Origin: the human T2T-CHM13v2.0 reference genome, Homo sapiens
Strand: one strand, 5' to 3'
Length of the DNA: 64,000 bases
Assembly: GCF_009914755.1 (NCBI RefSeq)
Contig: NC_060935.1
Below are positions 1 to 16,369 of the stretch, one piece after another (the first letter of the stretch is position 1; the number at the start of each line of letters is the position of its first letter). The notes under the pieces are model-generated. The model ran no database searches. It saw nothing but the letters and a program-made list of their open reading frames with translations, and was not told the origin of the DNA. The position numbers and the translations under genes are program-made.

Positions 1-1345
1 GGCAAATGTCATTTAGTGCTTTTCACCAATCCCACTCACCCCCGGTGCTCCGCCTTGCCTAAGAAAAAGAAATTAAGGAGAAGTAAACTTTATTTCCTAA
101 TATAATGTCAGCTGATATTTATTGAGCTTTTCCTCTTTGCCCAGAGACTAGGACCCAAAGAAGTTAAGTAACTATTCCCAGGTTTATTTCTCTCTCATAT
201 GATGTCCCATGTGGATGTTTGTGGTCAGTGGACAGCTTTCCACCTAGTCTTTCTGCGACCCAGGCTCCTTCCTCTTGGGGCTCTGCCTTTCTCTCAGTCC
301 ATAGAGCCCTCTTTGTTGAAAGAGCACATAGGAAAAGAAGGAAAAGTCTGTGTGGAAAATGTTTCTGGGTCAGGCCTGGAAGTGGTGCATATCTCTTCCG
401 CCCATGTTCCTTTGGACAGAACTCCGTCACATGGCCCACCTAGAGAGATTTTGGGAAATGTGTCCAGCTGTGTGCCTGGGAGGAAGGGGGCACCATTTTC
501 TTGAGCAGCTAGACAGTTTGCCGTATTTGTGGTGTTCTCCTCTTGTTGATGTTGAAATGGTGAATGAGCCATAAAGTATTTCAGGTTATCCACACACTAA
601 TCATCTCAGTGTCTTTAATTCTTAACTCCAATATGAATGTTTAAAGCTTCCTCTAGATTCTTATTCCTATATAACTAATAGAGAAGAAAGGACAGCTTCC
701 TATGGGGAAGACAGAGGCTTCCTCATAGATGTTAGGAATAATCAAACTTGCCCCTGCCCTTTCACCCGTCTCAAATTCTGGTCTTTTAAAGCAGCGTTAT
801 GTTAAGTAGTCCTAACATTGTAATATACAGTACTGCCACATTCTCCTACTTTCTATTAGAGGAAGTCAGAGAATATTTATGGAAGTGAGGACCCAAATTA
901 CCTTCTACAGATGACTTTTATAGTTACAGGACAGAAAGTGAAAATCAAGGTTACGTTTTCTACTTTTGTGGTAGAAATTGAGAAGTGGGTGGATATGGTT
1001 CGAGAAGACCTTTCAGAAACACAGAGACTGAGTCTTTGTCTTCCATGCTGTCTCTGCAGTACTGAGTGAATTTCCTTATACCCTTGTATCATGTTTTCCT
1101 CCCATCTTCTAGAAGCTGGGGACAGATTTGGAAGAGAATTACACAAGTTCAGTTTTTTGATACATGGATTTTACAGTGCATGCAGGTTATTTATGTAGAG
1201 AGGAGGTCTGGGAGAAAGATGGAAACTAGGGAGATGACTGAGAACAAAGATATTTGGGATTAACACAGATAGAAGAAAAGTTTGAAACCATGAGATTGTC
1301 ACAGCATGAAAAAAGATATTCAAAGACACTAACCAACTTGAGGGG

Positions 1346-2018
<673 letters not shown>

Positions 2019-3733
2019 AGGGGGAAGAAATTTGCATTCCTGATCTTCCCAACTTCTTCAAATTCACAACACTTGAATGACAGTCTTATTTCAGCACTTA
2101 CTGCTATCACCTATTACTTTTATGTGTGTCTTACCTATTTGAGATGCCAGATTCCTTGGAAGTAGAGACCGTGTCTGAATCATCATTGTATTAAACCACT
2201 CATCCTTAACAAATGCCCAAGCCATGGTTAAAGTTCAATAAATACTTTGTTGAATTTATTAATAAAATGGCAGAAATGTCATTCTCTTCCATATATGTTT
2301 AATAAATCCCTGATAGGTGCTAAGCACTGCACTAGGTAAAAATTCTCTTCTGATGCTGTCTTTTTGGCCAACCATTTTTTTATCATTTATTCATTAGCTG
2401 ACATTTGCTAAGTGCTTTGGAGGGGTCAAAAGGGGAAGTAATGAGAAATCAAAGATGGTCCCTACATCAAGGATAAACTATCTTTTTTTAGTCACTCAAA
2501 GTCATAACCCTTTGGAAACAAAACCCACCAGTACCCCAGATTTTGACCACAGATGAATCAGTACTACAAGGACTGGTTAGAGGGTTGAATGAATCTGTAT
2601 ACTCAGCACTTAACACAGCACTCTGGGTAAAAGAAAAAAGATCCTCAAAGATATTAGTTGGTTACATCAAGAAAGGACAAACTTAGGTTAATCTATAACT
2701 TCATCTCAGAGGAACAGGAACTTTGGAGATAAACAGGGCTCTGCCACTTGCAAGTTGCACCATCCCTGGTTTCTCCATCTGTAAATTGATTAAAACACTG
2801 CCTATCTAATAAGATTAAATAAGTTAGAAGCATTCAGTTAAATGTCAACTGAAACTATTGTTCATGTAAATTGTGCTTGATGCTTTTTCTTTCTAGATTC
2901 AATGATTATTGTCATTTTACCTCCATAGGCCCTCAATAGAAATCAGTTGCAGAGGGCAGAAGCCTAGATATTTTCACCTTAAAATTGGAGGGTGAAAGAC
3001 ATTGAGGTGAAGTAGAGATAGAGGGTACACAGAAAAATCGTATAAGTAAAACTAACATCGTTAACATTATTTACTGTAAGTTATCTTTGTAAGAGTGGTA
3101 AAATACATTGTGTTGTTAAATAATTTCATTTAAAAAATGCATCACTTTGTGTGTTTTTATATTGCTAAAACCATAAGGCCAGTCTACAAGGTTTGTAGAT
3201 AAAATAGAAACATACCTTCCTTGAAAAGCAGAATAAATTTTTTAAAGGCAGGAAGGAAGTGTTTGAACCATGTGTCAACAAGCTTTACTGTCAAAGCAGG
3301 CTTTTGGTATGGGAAGAAAAATACTTATAAATACTTGTTTTAATATTTGCTTTATTAAAATACATTTAAAATACAGCATTTTTAAATCTCTAAGCTCAAC
3401 TTGAAGATATAAGAACAGTAAATTTGATAAAAATGAGAAATTACATTCCCATTTCTTTAACAATTTGTAAATTCCAATTATCCTGAACATTTAATACCAT
3501 TTACATATTTTATTAATCACATTTTCTTAAACATTTGATAAGAGATTTAATATTTTGATCCAACTACCAAAAAAGCAGACTTGTGTACTTGACAGATTTT
3601 TCTAAACACTTCACAACTCACGATTCAAACAAAGACAAAATAGCATATCAAAAGTTAATCACTCAGTTGGAAAGCACTCATACCATAGGCTTTTATTCAT
3701 TTCTTGAATAATTTTGTTATATCTTCCTCTTTT

Positions 3734-3812
3734 AGGCTGCAATGAGCTATAATTGCACTACTGCACTCCACGCTGGGTGACAGAGCAAGACCCTATCTCT
3801 AAAAATAAAAAA
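3734..3812 (+). mobile_element. Alu 3' fragment (AluJ/FLAM-like)
   Basis: AGGCTGCAATGAGCTATAATTGCACTACTGCACTCC...GACCCTATCTCT followed by an A tail. Confidence 0.8.
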
Positions 3813-5354
3813 GTATATATATATAAAAATATCTTCCTCTATTATAATTTAACTCATTAAGCCATTTATTTAGATGTAAACTTGCCCCCCTGACATGTGG
3901 TATGAAACAAATAGAAACCTAGAAATTTAGTGCATATTCAAATATTAAGACAGACACTGGTGTGGTGACTTTTGTCTGTCGCTTCATTGGGACGTTTTTT
4001 CTTTCTGATCAACTTAATGAAATTATAATTTACTATAATTAAGTGTAGCCATTTTTACTGTAGAGTTCAATGATCTTTGATGAACGTGTACACCCATGTA
4101 ACCACCACCCCCAATCAAAGTAAAGAACATTTTCTTACCAGAATAAATTTCCTCTCCGTTTGCAGTCATTCTCCCCAGCCCTAGGTCACCACTGATCCAC
4201 CTTCTGTTACTGGAAGGTTAGTTTTCTTCCCTGATTTAGAATTTCATATAAATTAAATCAGATAGTATATACTCTTGTGTTTAGTTTCTTTAGCTTAACA
4301 TGTTTAGAGATATTTGCTGTTGCCTGTGTCTGTAGCTTTTTGTTTTCATTGCTGAATAGTATTTCATTGTAATATACCACAGTTGGTTTATGTATTTGCT
4401 GATGAATATTTGTGTTATTTCCAGCGTGGGATTATTATGAATAAAGTTGCTACAAACATTTGTATACAAGTCTTTGTGTGGCTATATGTTGTTATTTCTC
4501 GTTGGTAAATATCTATTAGATTTGCTGGGTCATAGGGAAGAGATATATATGTATACGTTTAATTTTATAAAACACTGTGAAACTATTTTCCAAAGGGTTG
4601 TACCATTTTACCCTCCTGCTCCCAATGATGAGAATTCCATTTTTCCCGCATGTTCACTAACACTTAGTATCGTCAGTCCTTATTTGTAACCATTCTAGTG
4701 GGTGTGAGGTAGTGTCCCACTGTGGCTTAATTTGCATTTTCCTGTGACTAATGATGTTAAGCACCTTTTCTCCTGCTTTTTTTTTTTTTCTTTTTCAAAC
4801 TTTTTATATCTTTTGTAAAGTATCTGTTTAAATCTTTGGCCATTTTAAAAATTAGGTTGTTTTGGTGTTATTGACTTATAAGATTTTGTATATATTGACA
4901 AAAATTCTTTGTTAGATGTATGTATTACCAATATTTACTCCAATTTAGCTTGTCTTTTCATTTCCTTACTATCTTTTGATAAGGAAAAAATGTTTAATTT
5001 TTATTCAGACCACTTTATCAATTTTTATCTTTCATAACTATTGCATTTTCTGTCCAACCTAAGAAATCTTTGCCAATCCCAAAGCAAGCCTGGAATTTCC
5101 TTTGTGACAAGGTTTTTGATAATGAGTTCATTTCTTAGAAGATAAAGACTTCATGTTTTCCTCTCTTCCTTTCTCAATTCTGATACATTATTTTTCAAGA
5201 AATTGTTTACTACATTTAAGTAATAAAATTTTTTTGCCATAAAGTTGTAACATTCCCTATTTCCCTTTTAATGCCTATAGGATCAGTAGTTATATTTCCT
5301 ATCTAATTCCTGATATTGATGATTTGTGTTTGCTCTTTTTCTTGATTAGTCTGA

Positions 5355-5700
<346 letters not shown>

Positions 5701-5726
5701 CAATATTAATCTTTTAAAGAACCAAT

Positions 5727-6134
5727 TGCTATGGGCTGAATGTGTCCCACAAAATTAGTATGTTAAAACTTAATTGCCAATGTGATAGTATTAAGAGATG
5801 TGACATTTAGGAAGTGATTAGATCATGAGAGCTCCGCCCTTGTAAATGAGATTAATGTCCTTATAAAAGAAGCTATAGAGAGCTGACACTCCAGTTTTCC
5901 TGTTCCTTCTGCCACATGAAGGCACAGTGTTCATCCCTCAACCCCATCCCCAGGGGATACAGCATTCAAGGTGCCATCTTGGAAGTAGGTACTGGGCCCT
6001 TGCTAGACACCCAACCAGCTGGTGCCTTGATCTTGGACTACCCAGCCTTCAGAACTGTGAGGAATAAATTTCTGTTGTTTATAAATAACCCAGTCTCAGC
6101 TGTTTTGTTTTAGCAGTACAAGCAGACTAAGACA
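5727..6134 (+). mobile_element. ERVL-MaLR solo LTR (MSTD/MLT1A-like)
   Basis: TGCTATGGGCTGAATGTGTCCC...GCAGACTAAGACA; near-TSD CCAAT/CCAAC. Confidence 0.85.
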
Positions 6135-6194
6135 CCAACTTGTGGCTCTGTTGATTTTTCTCTATTGCTTGTCTTCAATTTCATATTTTCTTCA

Positions 6195-6493
6195 TTTTTT
6201 TTTTTTTGAGATGGAGTCTCACTCTGTCGCCCAGGCTGGAGTGCAGGGGCGCTATCTTGGCTCACTGAAACCTCCGCCTCCCAGGTTCAAGTGATTTCTC
6301 CCACTTCAGCTTCCTGAATAGCTGGGATTACAGGCACGCACCACCATGCCCACCTAATTTTTGTATTTTTAGTAGAGACGGGGTTTCACCATATTTATTG
6401 GCCAGGTGGGTCTCGAACTCCTGACTTCAGGCGATCTGTTTGCCTCGGCCTTGAAAGTGCTGGGATTACAGGCGTGAGCCACTGCGCCCAGCC
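6195..6493 (-). mobile_element. AluS
   Basis: Full antisense Alu with poly-T. Confidence 0.9.
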
Positions 6494-6739
6494 TCAATTT
6501 CACTAATTTCTGCTCCTGTATCTTTCTTTCTACTTATTGTGTATTTAAGTTGCCCTTTTTTCCCCTAGCTTCTTAAGATGGAAGCTCAGATCATTTATTT
6601 TTTTCTTTATAAATGTAAACATTTAAAGCCACAGCATTTCCTATAAGGACTGCTGCAGCTGTATCCCACAAATTTTGTTATGTTTTCATTATTAGTTCAA
6701 AGCATTTTTTATTTCTGATGGGATTTCTTCTTTGACTAG

Positions 6740-8000
6740 TGGTATGGTGGGCTTGTATTGTGTTACCTTACCTGAGCCAGAGCTCTGTTTCCCAGAATTA
6801 CTTTTATGCATAGTTACAGGTTAGCATGGCTACAATGGGATGGGGGTATACAGGCTACACGAGACTAAGATTTAGAAGGTGGAAGTGGAGCAGTAGCCAT
6901 CTTTCTATGCTTGGGAAGACGGAGCGGTCCACAAAAACACTTGCAATCCACCCAAGTGTTGTCACTTCATTGGCCTGAGGCAGCAGCTGCAGCTCCTTTC
7001 TGATCCTCCTTCAGCTTCTCCAAATTCCAGGCCTGATATGTGTTTAACTTCATGATGAAGGGCTGCAACCTCTGATGCAGGACAACGCCACCTCAAAGTT
7101 GAGGCTTGGAGATGGTGAAAGAATGACCAGCGGGCCAGTCTACCATCCTGAGTTGTCCTGCTCAACCTTCCAAGTTCTGGTTTGTTCTTGCCTCCCCCAC
7201 CTCACAATCATTATCTTTCCTTCCTGACATCCTGCTCTTCAGACTCCTGATTCCAACACCAGACAGAGGAAAAGTCATCTCACGTAGACCATGTAAGTAG
7301 CCTCCACAGTTGCCTGTGGTCAGATCTCTTTCACTGATGGAACACCGATAAAGAATTTGGCACTGAAAGTGGTTCCAGCGATTAGAAACTTACAAATGTG
7401 TTCTCTGTTGGTCCTGTGTTATCTGCAATTGGTTTTCTTATATGATTACATTTTAAGTCAATGATCTTGTTTGCAATGGTAAAGGGGGTATTGGAAGTCC
7501 ACCATGTGCACAAAAACAGCAAAACAGTTACTTAAACTATCACCTATAGATACTTGTAATCATGTGCCAATAGAAGGCAAGGCTTGAGAAGAACAGGTGT
7601 TTGCTGCATAGACTGTTTTAGTGGAAATAAGGTGTATGGTAAGTTTCGTTGATTGCTTCTAAGTGTCCTGAGGAACTTGGACAAAGAAAATGATGAGCTT
7701 ATGACTAAATTCTCAGATTAGGGTCCCATTAAGGAACTCCAAAGCTTCTATTACTGCCCTATAATAAACCCTGAACTCCTATAGTTGTAATGCCGAGATT
7801 TCTGAAAGCCACCTCAAAGTTTAATTCTGCCGGCAGAAAATTGAGCCTCCCAAATTTACTGAGTTTTGCATGTTAAAGTTATGTCAATGATTGGGAAGGA
7901 GTGAGACTCTGAAAATGAGCTAGGGATATGAAGGTAAATTTCTATGAAACTGGGGAGCTTGAACCTATAAATTCTGTTGAGCCTTCCTTGTCAAGAGAAA
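6740..8000 (+). mobile_element. Decayed ERVL element: LTR (MLT2-like, about 6740-7345) plus the start of the internal region with a gag remnant
   Basis: PBS-like TTGGCACTGAAAGTGGTTCC at about 7357; from 7872 it translates VKVMSMIGKE*DSEN, resembling the ERVL gag motif VKVRALIGKEWDPE. Confidence 0.55.
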
Positions 8001-8129
8001 ATTACGTAGTAGGCAAGGTGTATTGGGGGAGCACTGTTTAGCAGAAAGAAATATGGCATAAAATTAACATGGGTTCAGATACTTGTTCTTATGTTTAGGG
8101 ATTAAGCATTTCCAATATTGTAAATAGCT

Positions 8130-8370
8130 GCCATTATTGAATACCTGTTTCATGTAATGTATTTTGCAGAGACGTTTACATGCATTGTTTCATTTAATCT
8201 TCCCCCAAAAAACATGGGCAAATTCTTTACATTACAGATGAATACACCTGAGACTGGAAAGGTTAAGGTAATTTGCCCCAAATTACAGAGCAAATTAGAA
8301 TTTGGCAAAATCAGAATTTGAACTCGGGTCTCAAACTCAGGTCTGTTTCATTTCACAGCCTGTGATTATG
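8130..8370 (-). mobile_element. MIR
   Basis: ATTACAGATGAATACACCTGAGACT...GGTTAAGGTAATTTGCCCC core. Confidence 0.7.
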
Positions 8371-9091
8371 CACTGGGGTACACTCCTATAATGTAAAGAT
8401 GAACTGAAATAATATTTGCAAAGCTGTGGTTGCCACTGTTTTTATTCATTCTAACCCTGGTAACTAAAGCCCTATTTCATATTTTACTTCCCTCAGGTGA
8501 TGAGGATCTTCAAAATCTGTTCAACTCTCAGTACTCTAAACCTCTTTCCCTTGGTTGAAGCCTGTATAATTCATTTATAGGTAGGGGTGAAGAACTAACA
8601 TATTAACTCTTCAAGAACATTTTATGGAATCACAAAAGGTTAGACCTATCTAGGATATCAAGGATCATGAGTTTGACCTTTTACTTGCAGAGGAAGAAAC
8701 AAGTTCAAAGAGAGAAGTTGAATTACTCCTATGAATAGGCTGGAATAATAACTCTGTTGAGAAGGTTAAGAGAAGGACAAAACACTAAAGCAGGTGTTCC
8801 CATTCCCCCTAAAGGAACTGTGCTAATGATATCATCCAGGGCAACTTCAATTGTAAACTCTGTTGCAGTGCTGGAGTTGTAAAAAGTAACCCCTTGATGA
8901 GTGTGAAATCATCAAGGATTTCACTGGATAGTTATGGATAATCCTTACAAAATTCCATTGTTCTAAGTCCCATCCTACAGGAAATTAAGGAATCTGTTTA
9001 TCAGACTTCTGAGTGAGGAGCTAGCATGGGAAGTTCCCATTCCCTTAGGGGTGCCAGGCTTCCAGCTACTTGAGTAGCAATTAGAAATTGG

Positions 9092-9398
<307 letters not shown>

Positions 9399-11281
9399 AG
9401 AAATTGGGTGTTTTTAGATACGGAAAGGCCTCTGTAAGGGCCCAGCCTTAGAACTTAGGACTAAGAATGGGGACTTAAAGCAGCATGGAAGTGTTTTCTC
9501 TCTTCATCTTCCTGTTTTCCTTTCTCAGTCATTCAGTCCTAAAGCCATCAGGTTGGGTCAGGCAAGTAAGACGTCCACATTGTTGATGGCCAAGTGGAGG
9601 AGACCCAGCAGGTTGAGGAGGACTTTTGTGCTTTGCACACTGTTTAGTATATACATATTACATTTCAAGATAAGTACAGGTCTAAAATACAGATCTAACT
9701 GATCTTTAGAAATAATGAAGGAAGAACTCATGGGGTGCCGTTTCAGATAAGGTGGTCTAGGAAGCCCTCTCAGAAGCTAACATCTGAGCAGAGACTTGAA
9801 TGAAGAGGAGGAACAGGCCACATGGCATCTGAGAGAAGAGCATTCAGGGCAGATTTTTGGTATGTCTGAGAAGGAACAAAGGGGCTACCTCATAGAAACT
9901 TGGAAGGTTATAGAAATGGGAGGAAGATGATAATGAGGACAAAGGTGAGAAATGTCAGGAGGCCAGAAGAGACAAGGTGTGTTCAGGTGTCTTGGGACAC
10001 AGAAGAGTGAGCAGAGGGGCTGTGAGTGACGGAGAAAGAATGTGAGGTGTAAAAGTTGAAGACAGCACAGCACTGCAAGGTTGGGTAATTCCTGGAAGTA
10101 GAGAAATCTTCTGATCTATATCTTATGGTAGTCAGAGCGCCTGATCTTGGTGGTCACTATGTTAACTGCACAGCTAACATCCTCTTCCAGTCTTTGTTCC
10201 CCACGTGACAAAGGAAAGGCCAAATTTTCTGTCTCCTCCTTTTCTCATGGAGTGGCATTTCCTATTAGACATTAAATATTTGAATGAATAATTATTGATA
10301 ACTCTATAAGACACTGTTATTAAAATTATAGTCACTTTGAAAGGCTAGATGAAAAGTAAGTCTAGATTCTTGGGGAATATTCACTGTTATGGACTCTGAA
10401 ATTGCATCTTTCCGGTGGGCTTTTTCCTCCCCTGTTCTGTTTGTTTTGTTTTGTTGTTTTTCCTGGCTGAGGCTGAGCAGTTTCTAGGATCAGACTGTAG
10501 GTGGAGCAGTTATGCTTTTCACCCGTGCTGTAGCAATAAAAGCAGAAGCATCCACATTTCATGTCTAGACAGAGGACGTGCATGGAATCATAAAATCTTC
10601 AGACTGGAGGGATCCAGAAAGGTCATCTACTCCCTCCCTTGTCTTTAGAAAATTGTGCTCCTAAACCAGCCTGGTGGTGATGCATCCTCCCTGCCATGTT
10701 CCTTTCAACTGCATTTAAAGCTCCACCATCCCATTCCTGGCCATTTATTTTAGGCTCAACACAACAACAAAACACAAAATAACAGACTTCAAATATAATC
10801 AAGTATGTGTGTGTACACACATGCCTTCCCCGTGGGACAAAATATCACCCTGGGTACTGCAGGGTCTGGATAGTTCTTTACATTCTGATGCTTTAGTAAA
10901 TGTTATCTATGGATTCTCGTCAAACATTTTGTTTATCTTAGGTTAAGATTTCCTTGTGTTTTAGGCCCTGATACAGAGGGGGAAAAACACCAGGTAAATA
11001 TCTTTACAAAAAGGCAGGATTGAAAGTCAGTAGGGCAAGATTTAGATACAACACCTCCATAGGCCCCAGGAAGACCCATGCCCCATGACTTATGTCTCAC
11101 CCAGAAGGATGTTTATGGAAAGATTTTTCTCAAGTATGTGAAGCTGGTTGCCCTGGAAGTTTTCCTATGAAGGTGTTGTCTGATATCTAATCCTTTTTTT
11201 CCCATTCAAAATCACAGTTTGTTTGTTTTCCTTTGGGAAAAACCTAGATATAGGAGCTAATGAGCCCACGTTTAGGGTTTA

Positions 11282-11629
<348 letters not shown>

Positions 11630-11969
11630 CTATTAATCATAATATTCAAAGCAGGTTTCAGAGTATATGTACAAACTACTCAGCCGGTCTGAAGACAAAA
11701 CAGCCAGGAGTTGTTTGAATCGGATGTTAGACACCTTTTCAATGAAACTCACACTGCATCCTACACCTGGAGATCAACACAGCTGCCTGGATGTTGCAGC
11801 CTTTTCCTCCACAACTTTATGGAAGAACCCAGTTGCTATGAATGAGCAGGCTGGTTTGGAAGCAGCAGTTGATAAGCAAATGGGAGACTACCCAAGGGCG
11901 ACCCTCCTGAAGGGATGTGAAAATTCTCAAAACATGAATCCTCAGATAATGTTATTATCATTTAGGTAC

Positions 11970-13250
11970 ATTCTTTCAACAAATAATTTTGATTACCTGG
12001 TGTGTATCAGGTGTTGTGCTAGAAGGTAGGATAAAGCAGTAAATAGTTAAGAAGGAATATCAATAAAGTATAGTGGAAATTTGGATAGGAAATCTATGGA
12101 CGTGCTACGAGATAGTAAGTTAGCAGGAGGTAACATACCCTAGGGAAAATTCTCCCAAAAGGATGCAACGCTTAACCAGAGGTCTGAAGGTGACAGGCAG
12201 GAAGGCCAGTAGAAGAGGGTTCTGGGTAGAAATAATTGGTTGAAGGAAGGTTAAGAGTGGGAAGAGCATGGACCATTCAAGACACTGAAGGAGGTCCAGC
12301 ATGACTGGAATGTAGAATTCTAGAAGACTGGAAAGAGATAGAGGCTGGACAGCAAGGTGAGCCAGATCCTGGAAGGCTTTGTTGTTCCTGCAAAGAGAGT
12401 TGGTTTTATCATAAACGCAATGGGAAGACACTGAAAAGGATATTCTGTGAGGTGATGGAATCAGGTTTGTACATGAGAAGTATCACACTGACTGCCGTGT
12501 GAATGGATGGGTGCCAGGGGGATACAGATTTGGGAATTAGCCGGTATAGATGTGAATAAAAGCCAGAAGACATGGCCCAGAGAGTGTGTGCCGAGTGAGA
12601 AAAGGGACAAAGATGGAATCCTAAGGAATATGGAAAAGTCAAGGAGAAGAAGAGCAAGTAATAAACTGAGAAGGAGCCAGAGAAATGAGACTAACCAGGA
12701 GAAGGTTGCTTTGCAGGAACCAAGGGGGAGACTGTTTCCAGAAGAAGGAAACTGTCAGTGGTGACAAATGTCACCGAGAAGTCAAGGAAACTAAGGACTG
12801 AGGAGCATCTCATGCATTTAACACAGGGAGGCGATGGGTAAGCTTGATAAAACCAGCTTCGGTAGAGTGGTGGCAGCAGAGGCCAGACTACAGTGAAGAA
12901 ATACGATGACTGGTTGGGGAGGGATGGAGATGGCTCTTCTGGAAGTACAGTTCCAAATGTGGGGACAGATAGAGCCAATAGTCGATAAAAGGGGATTGGG
13001 TGAAGGTGGGAGGTGTTATATAAATACGAGAAATTTGGGGGATATTTAAGTACTGAGGGAAGTGGCAAGTTGAGTGGGAGAATGGAAGAAGTCTCAGATG
13101 AAGGTTATCAAGAAGGCTGGAGAGGCTGTGATTCAGAGCACACAGAGCAGTGGCTTTGGCTGGGAAGAGGGATGGGCTTCTGCATTTCTGTGCATTTCTG
13201 GGTTCAGTGGCAATGGTTTGAGAGTGTTCCTGTCTGGCAACTCTCATTCT
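11970..13250 (-). mobile_element. L2 fragments
   Basis: Purine-rich antisense L2-type sequence, e.g. GGAAGACACTGAAAAGGA and GAAGTCAAGGAAACTAAGGACTGAG. Boundaries approximate. Confidence 0.6.
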
Positions 13251-13336
13251 CTCTGTGAGGATAAAAGGTACTACGGACTACATTTTTCTACATACCCATT
13301 GCAAAAGTTTAAAATCCTTCTCAAAGAGGAAGGTTG

Positions 13337-13700
<364 letters not shown>

Positions 13701-15406
13701 TGAAATTGGGAGAAGGATAGAGAATTCCTGAAGTGTGTTTCAAAAAAACAAATTTAGGCAAAAGTAATTGATGGCCAAGACACTTATGAAAGTAGACACT
13801 CACCGTGCAAATTCTGCCTACAGCAATCGATGGTGGGTGCACTAAAGATATGAATTCAAACAAAAACTGTGTATCTTACTCTAATAAACATTTATGATCA
13901 AGTCTAATGGTTAGGTGAATGACAACAATTCACCTTCCATATCCAGATTTAATGTTTTTCATCTGAGCAGTTGAATGAATACATAACCACTAATTGCAGT
14001 AGAATTATATGAAAATCAGGTAGTTTAATAAACTCTATGGATCTGAACAATAATTAACACAATAACCTGAATTTAATTAGATGCTCATATTAAATGCTGG
14101 CAATAAGCAAGTGCTGTCTTTGATGTCCACTTTAAGTGCATACTAAATATCACAGCATGGTCCAGTAAAAATAGACACAAATAGAGTCAATGATGTTTGA
14201 AGAAATGAGACAGAATAAATAAATCATACTCATATTCATGCCACCCTGGCGGTGGGGTGGGCACAGGAAAGCTTGTCATTTCCTTGTCTCAAAGTCATTA
14301 TGCGGAAGCCAATGTTTCGAACTACAAAGAGTTAATCCTCCTCACTGAAGCCATCTTTTTTGTAGTGTTTTTGACAGGAGGGAGCCCTTGTCCTCTAGAA
14401 AAGGACCCGTAGAGCATTAGGAAGGCTCCTCAGCAGCAGGAACCAATGTTCTCTTTGTTATAACTCAAGCTGCAATTTTCTCTCTTTCCAGCAGAGAGAG
14501 AAAAATGGGAATGTGCTGCCTAGCATTCTACAGAAAAATCCCCCAAGTAATCATTCCAACACTCCTTCCTATATGGGCTCCTTGCGTATCTTCTCTGCAA
14601 CATTTCCTTCTTATTAATTTTCCTCTATAGCAAAGTTAGGCGTTAACTTGAAACCCACAGGTGTGTAAGGAGCCCACAAGCTCCCCTGCTCCATTGTTTT
14701 TTAAAATAGTATTCAAATTCATATATTTGTTTATTTCCATATTTGTTTATTTTAAACTGACCTGTTGAGGTGTAATTGATTTACAAAAAATGGAACATGT
14801 ACTATTTGATGAGTTCGGACAAATGCATACACCATGAAACCATCACAACCGTCAAGGTAATAGACATATTCATCACCTCCAAAAGTTTCTTTGTGTTTCT
14901 GTTTTGTTTTTTCTTTTGGTGCAATTCTAAATGAATTACAGCAACTTCAGATTTGGTGCGGCAGTCTCAGAAGCCATACTCACATGAGTTCTGTTCCAGG
15001 ACTGTCAGAAACCAACACCAGCCCCATGTCCCTTCATCTTAATGGGGTAAGTTGTTCACAACATCAGGGAGGAAACAAAGATCTACTCTTTTCCTGAAGA
15101 TCACCACCCTGGTTCCTCAGGAACTGTGGGGACCTTGAATCTCATAGGCCAATATTGGCTATCCTGGGGTCTGAGATATCTTGACCAGTCCCATCATCCT
15201 TCCTGACTCTATTTTAGGCCAAGACCCAAAGGCTATACAGCCAATATTGGATATTGGTGGAAGGGCCAGGAGTGACCACCAAGGAAGCCACACTCTTACA
15301 CTTTCTTCCTCCCTCATTATCTCGTGAAAATCCCACTAACTACATTCTTCTTTCTGAGAGACTTTTTTTTAAATCATCCCTGCCTGCTCCTGTTACTTCA
15401 TTCTCC

Positions 15407-15583
15407 TTTTTTTTTTTTTTTTTTTTTTTTTTTGAGATAGGATCTTGCTCTGTCACCCAGGCTGGAGTGCAGTGGTGCAATCACAGCTCATTGCAGCCTT
15501 GACCACCTGGGCTCAAGTGATCCTCCCTCCTCAGCCTCCTGAGTAACTGGGACCACAGGTGCAGGCCATCATGTGTGGCTAGC
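15407..15583 (-). mobile_element. Alu right-arm monomer (FRAM or truncated AluJ)
   Basis: Poly-T plus a single antisense Alu arm. Confidence 0.8.
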
Positions 15584-16369
15584 CTCATTCTTCTTGACCT
15601 TCATGTATTTAATTACTCAGAAATGTCAGGCTTGTTCTTGTTGGTGCATGTGAGGGATGTTTTGTATGTGTTTTGATGCTGTATTCCAAGCAAAGATCAC
15701 TGCCTGTGTGCTCTCTACTTCTTTGCTAGATGCCCATTCCTGTCTCTGTGTAGTGCAACCTCAGACCATGCTGCTCACGATTGGACTGTTTATTGTAATA
15801 AGATTTAAGCATGTGAGTTTTGGCATTGGATGGATCTGGCCTTGGATCTTGCCTCTTGCCACTAGCTAAGTCTGAAAACTTGGTCCTCGTTTTCATCATT
15901 AGTAAAATGAGAATGTAATGCCAAGTATTAATGTAATGCTCTCAGTCCAGCAGTTAGTGAGAGTCTGAGATTTGATCTTTACCTATAACAGTTTTATAAG
16001 GAAGTAGACCATGATGGTTTTTGCCCTGTGCTGTACAAGATATTGCCTTCATGGATACTAAGAGCCCAAGGTGAAAGGCATTTTCATTTCTCTTTTAAAT
16101 GGCAAAAGGAACCCCATTCCCAACTACCTAAATGGAGATGAGCCTTAAATCAAACTGTATTTACTTGAGTTAGTACATTTTGACAATCTTATTCCTAGTC
16201 TTGAATAACCTGAGGTCAGGTGCCACCCATCTTCAGTTAAATCAGTTGCATGAATCTTCGTAGATAGATCTAAACACAGCGAAGAAAGGACTAGTGCTCT
16301 AGGCATTTGTATTTTCCATAAGAGTGTCATGAATCAAAAGGAAATAGTGAACTTTCACTCTTCTCATTT

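Noticed and set aside
8895-9015. Possible C/D snoRNA (TGATGA ... CTGA)
   Set aside because: No terminal stem linking the boxes, no recognisable rRNA guide and no evident host intron.
14238-14253. CTCF-like CCGCCAGGGTGGCA on the minus strand
   Set aside because: Spacing is one base off the core consensus; not supportable.
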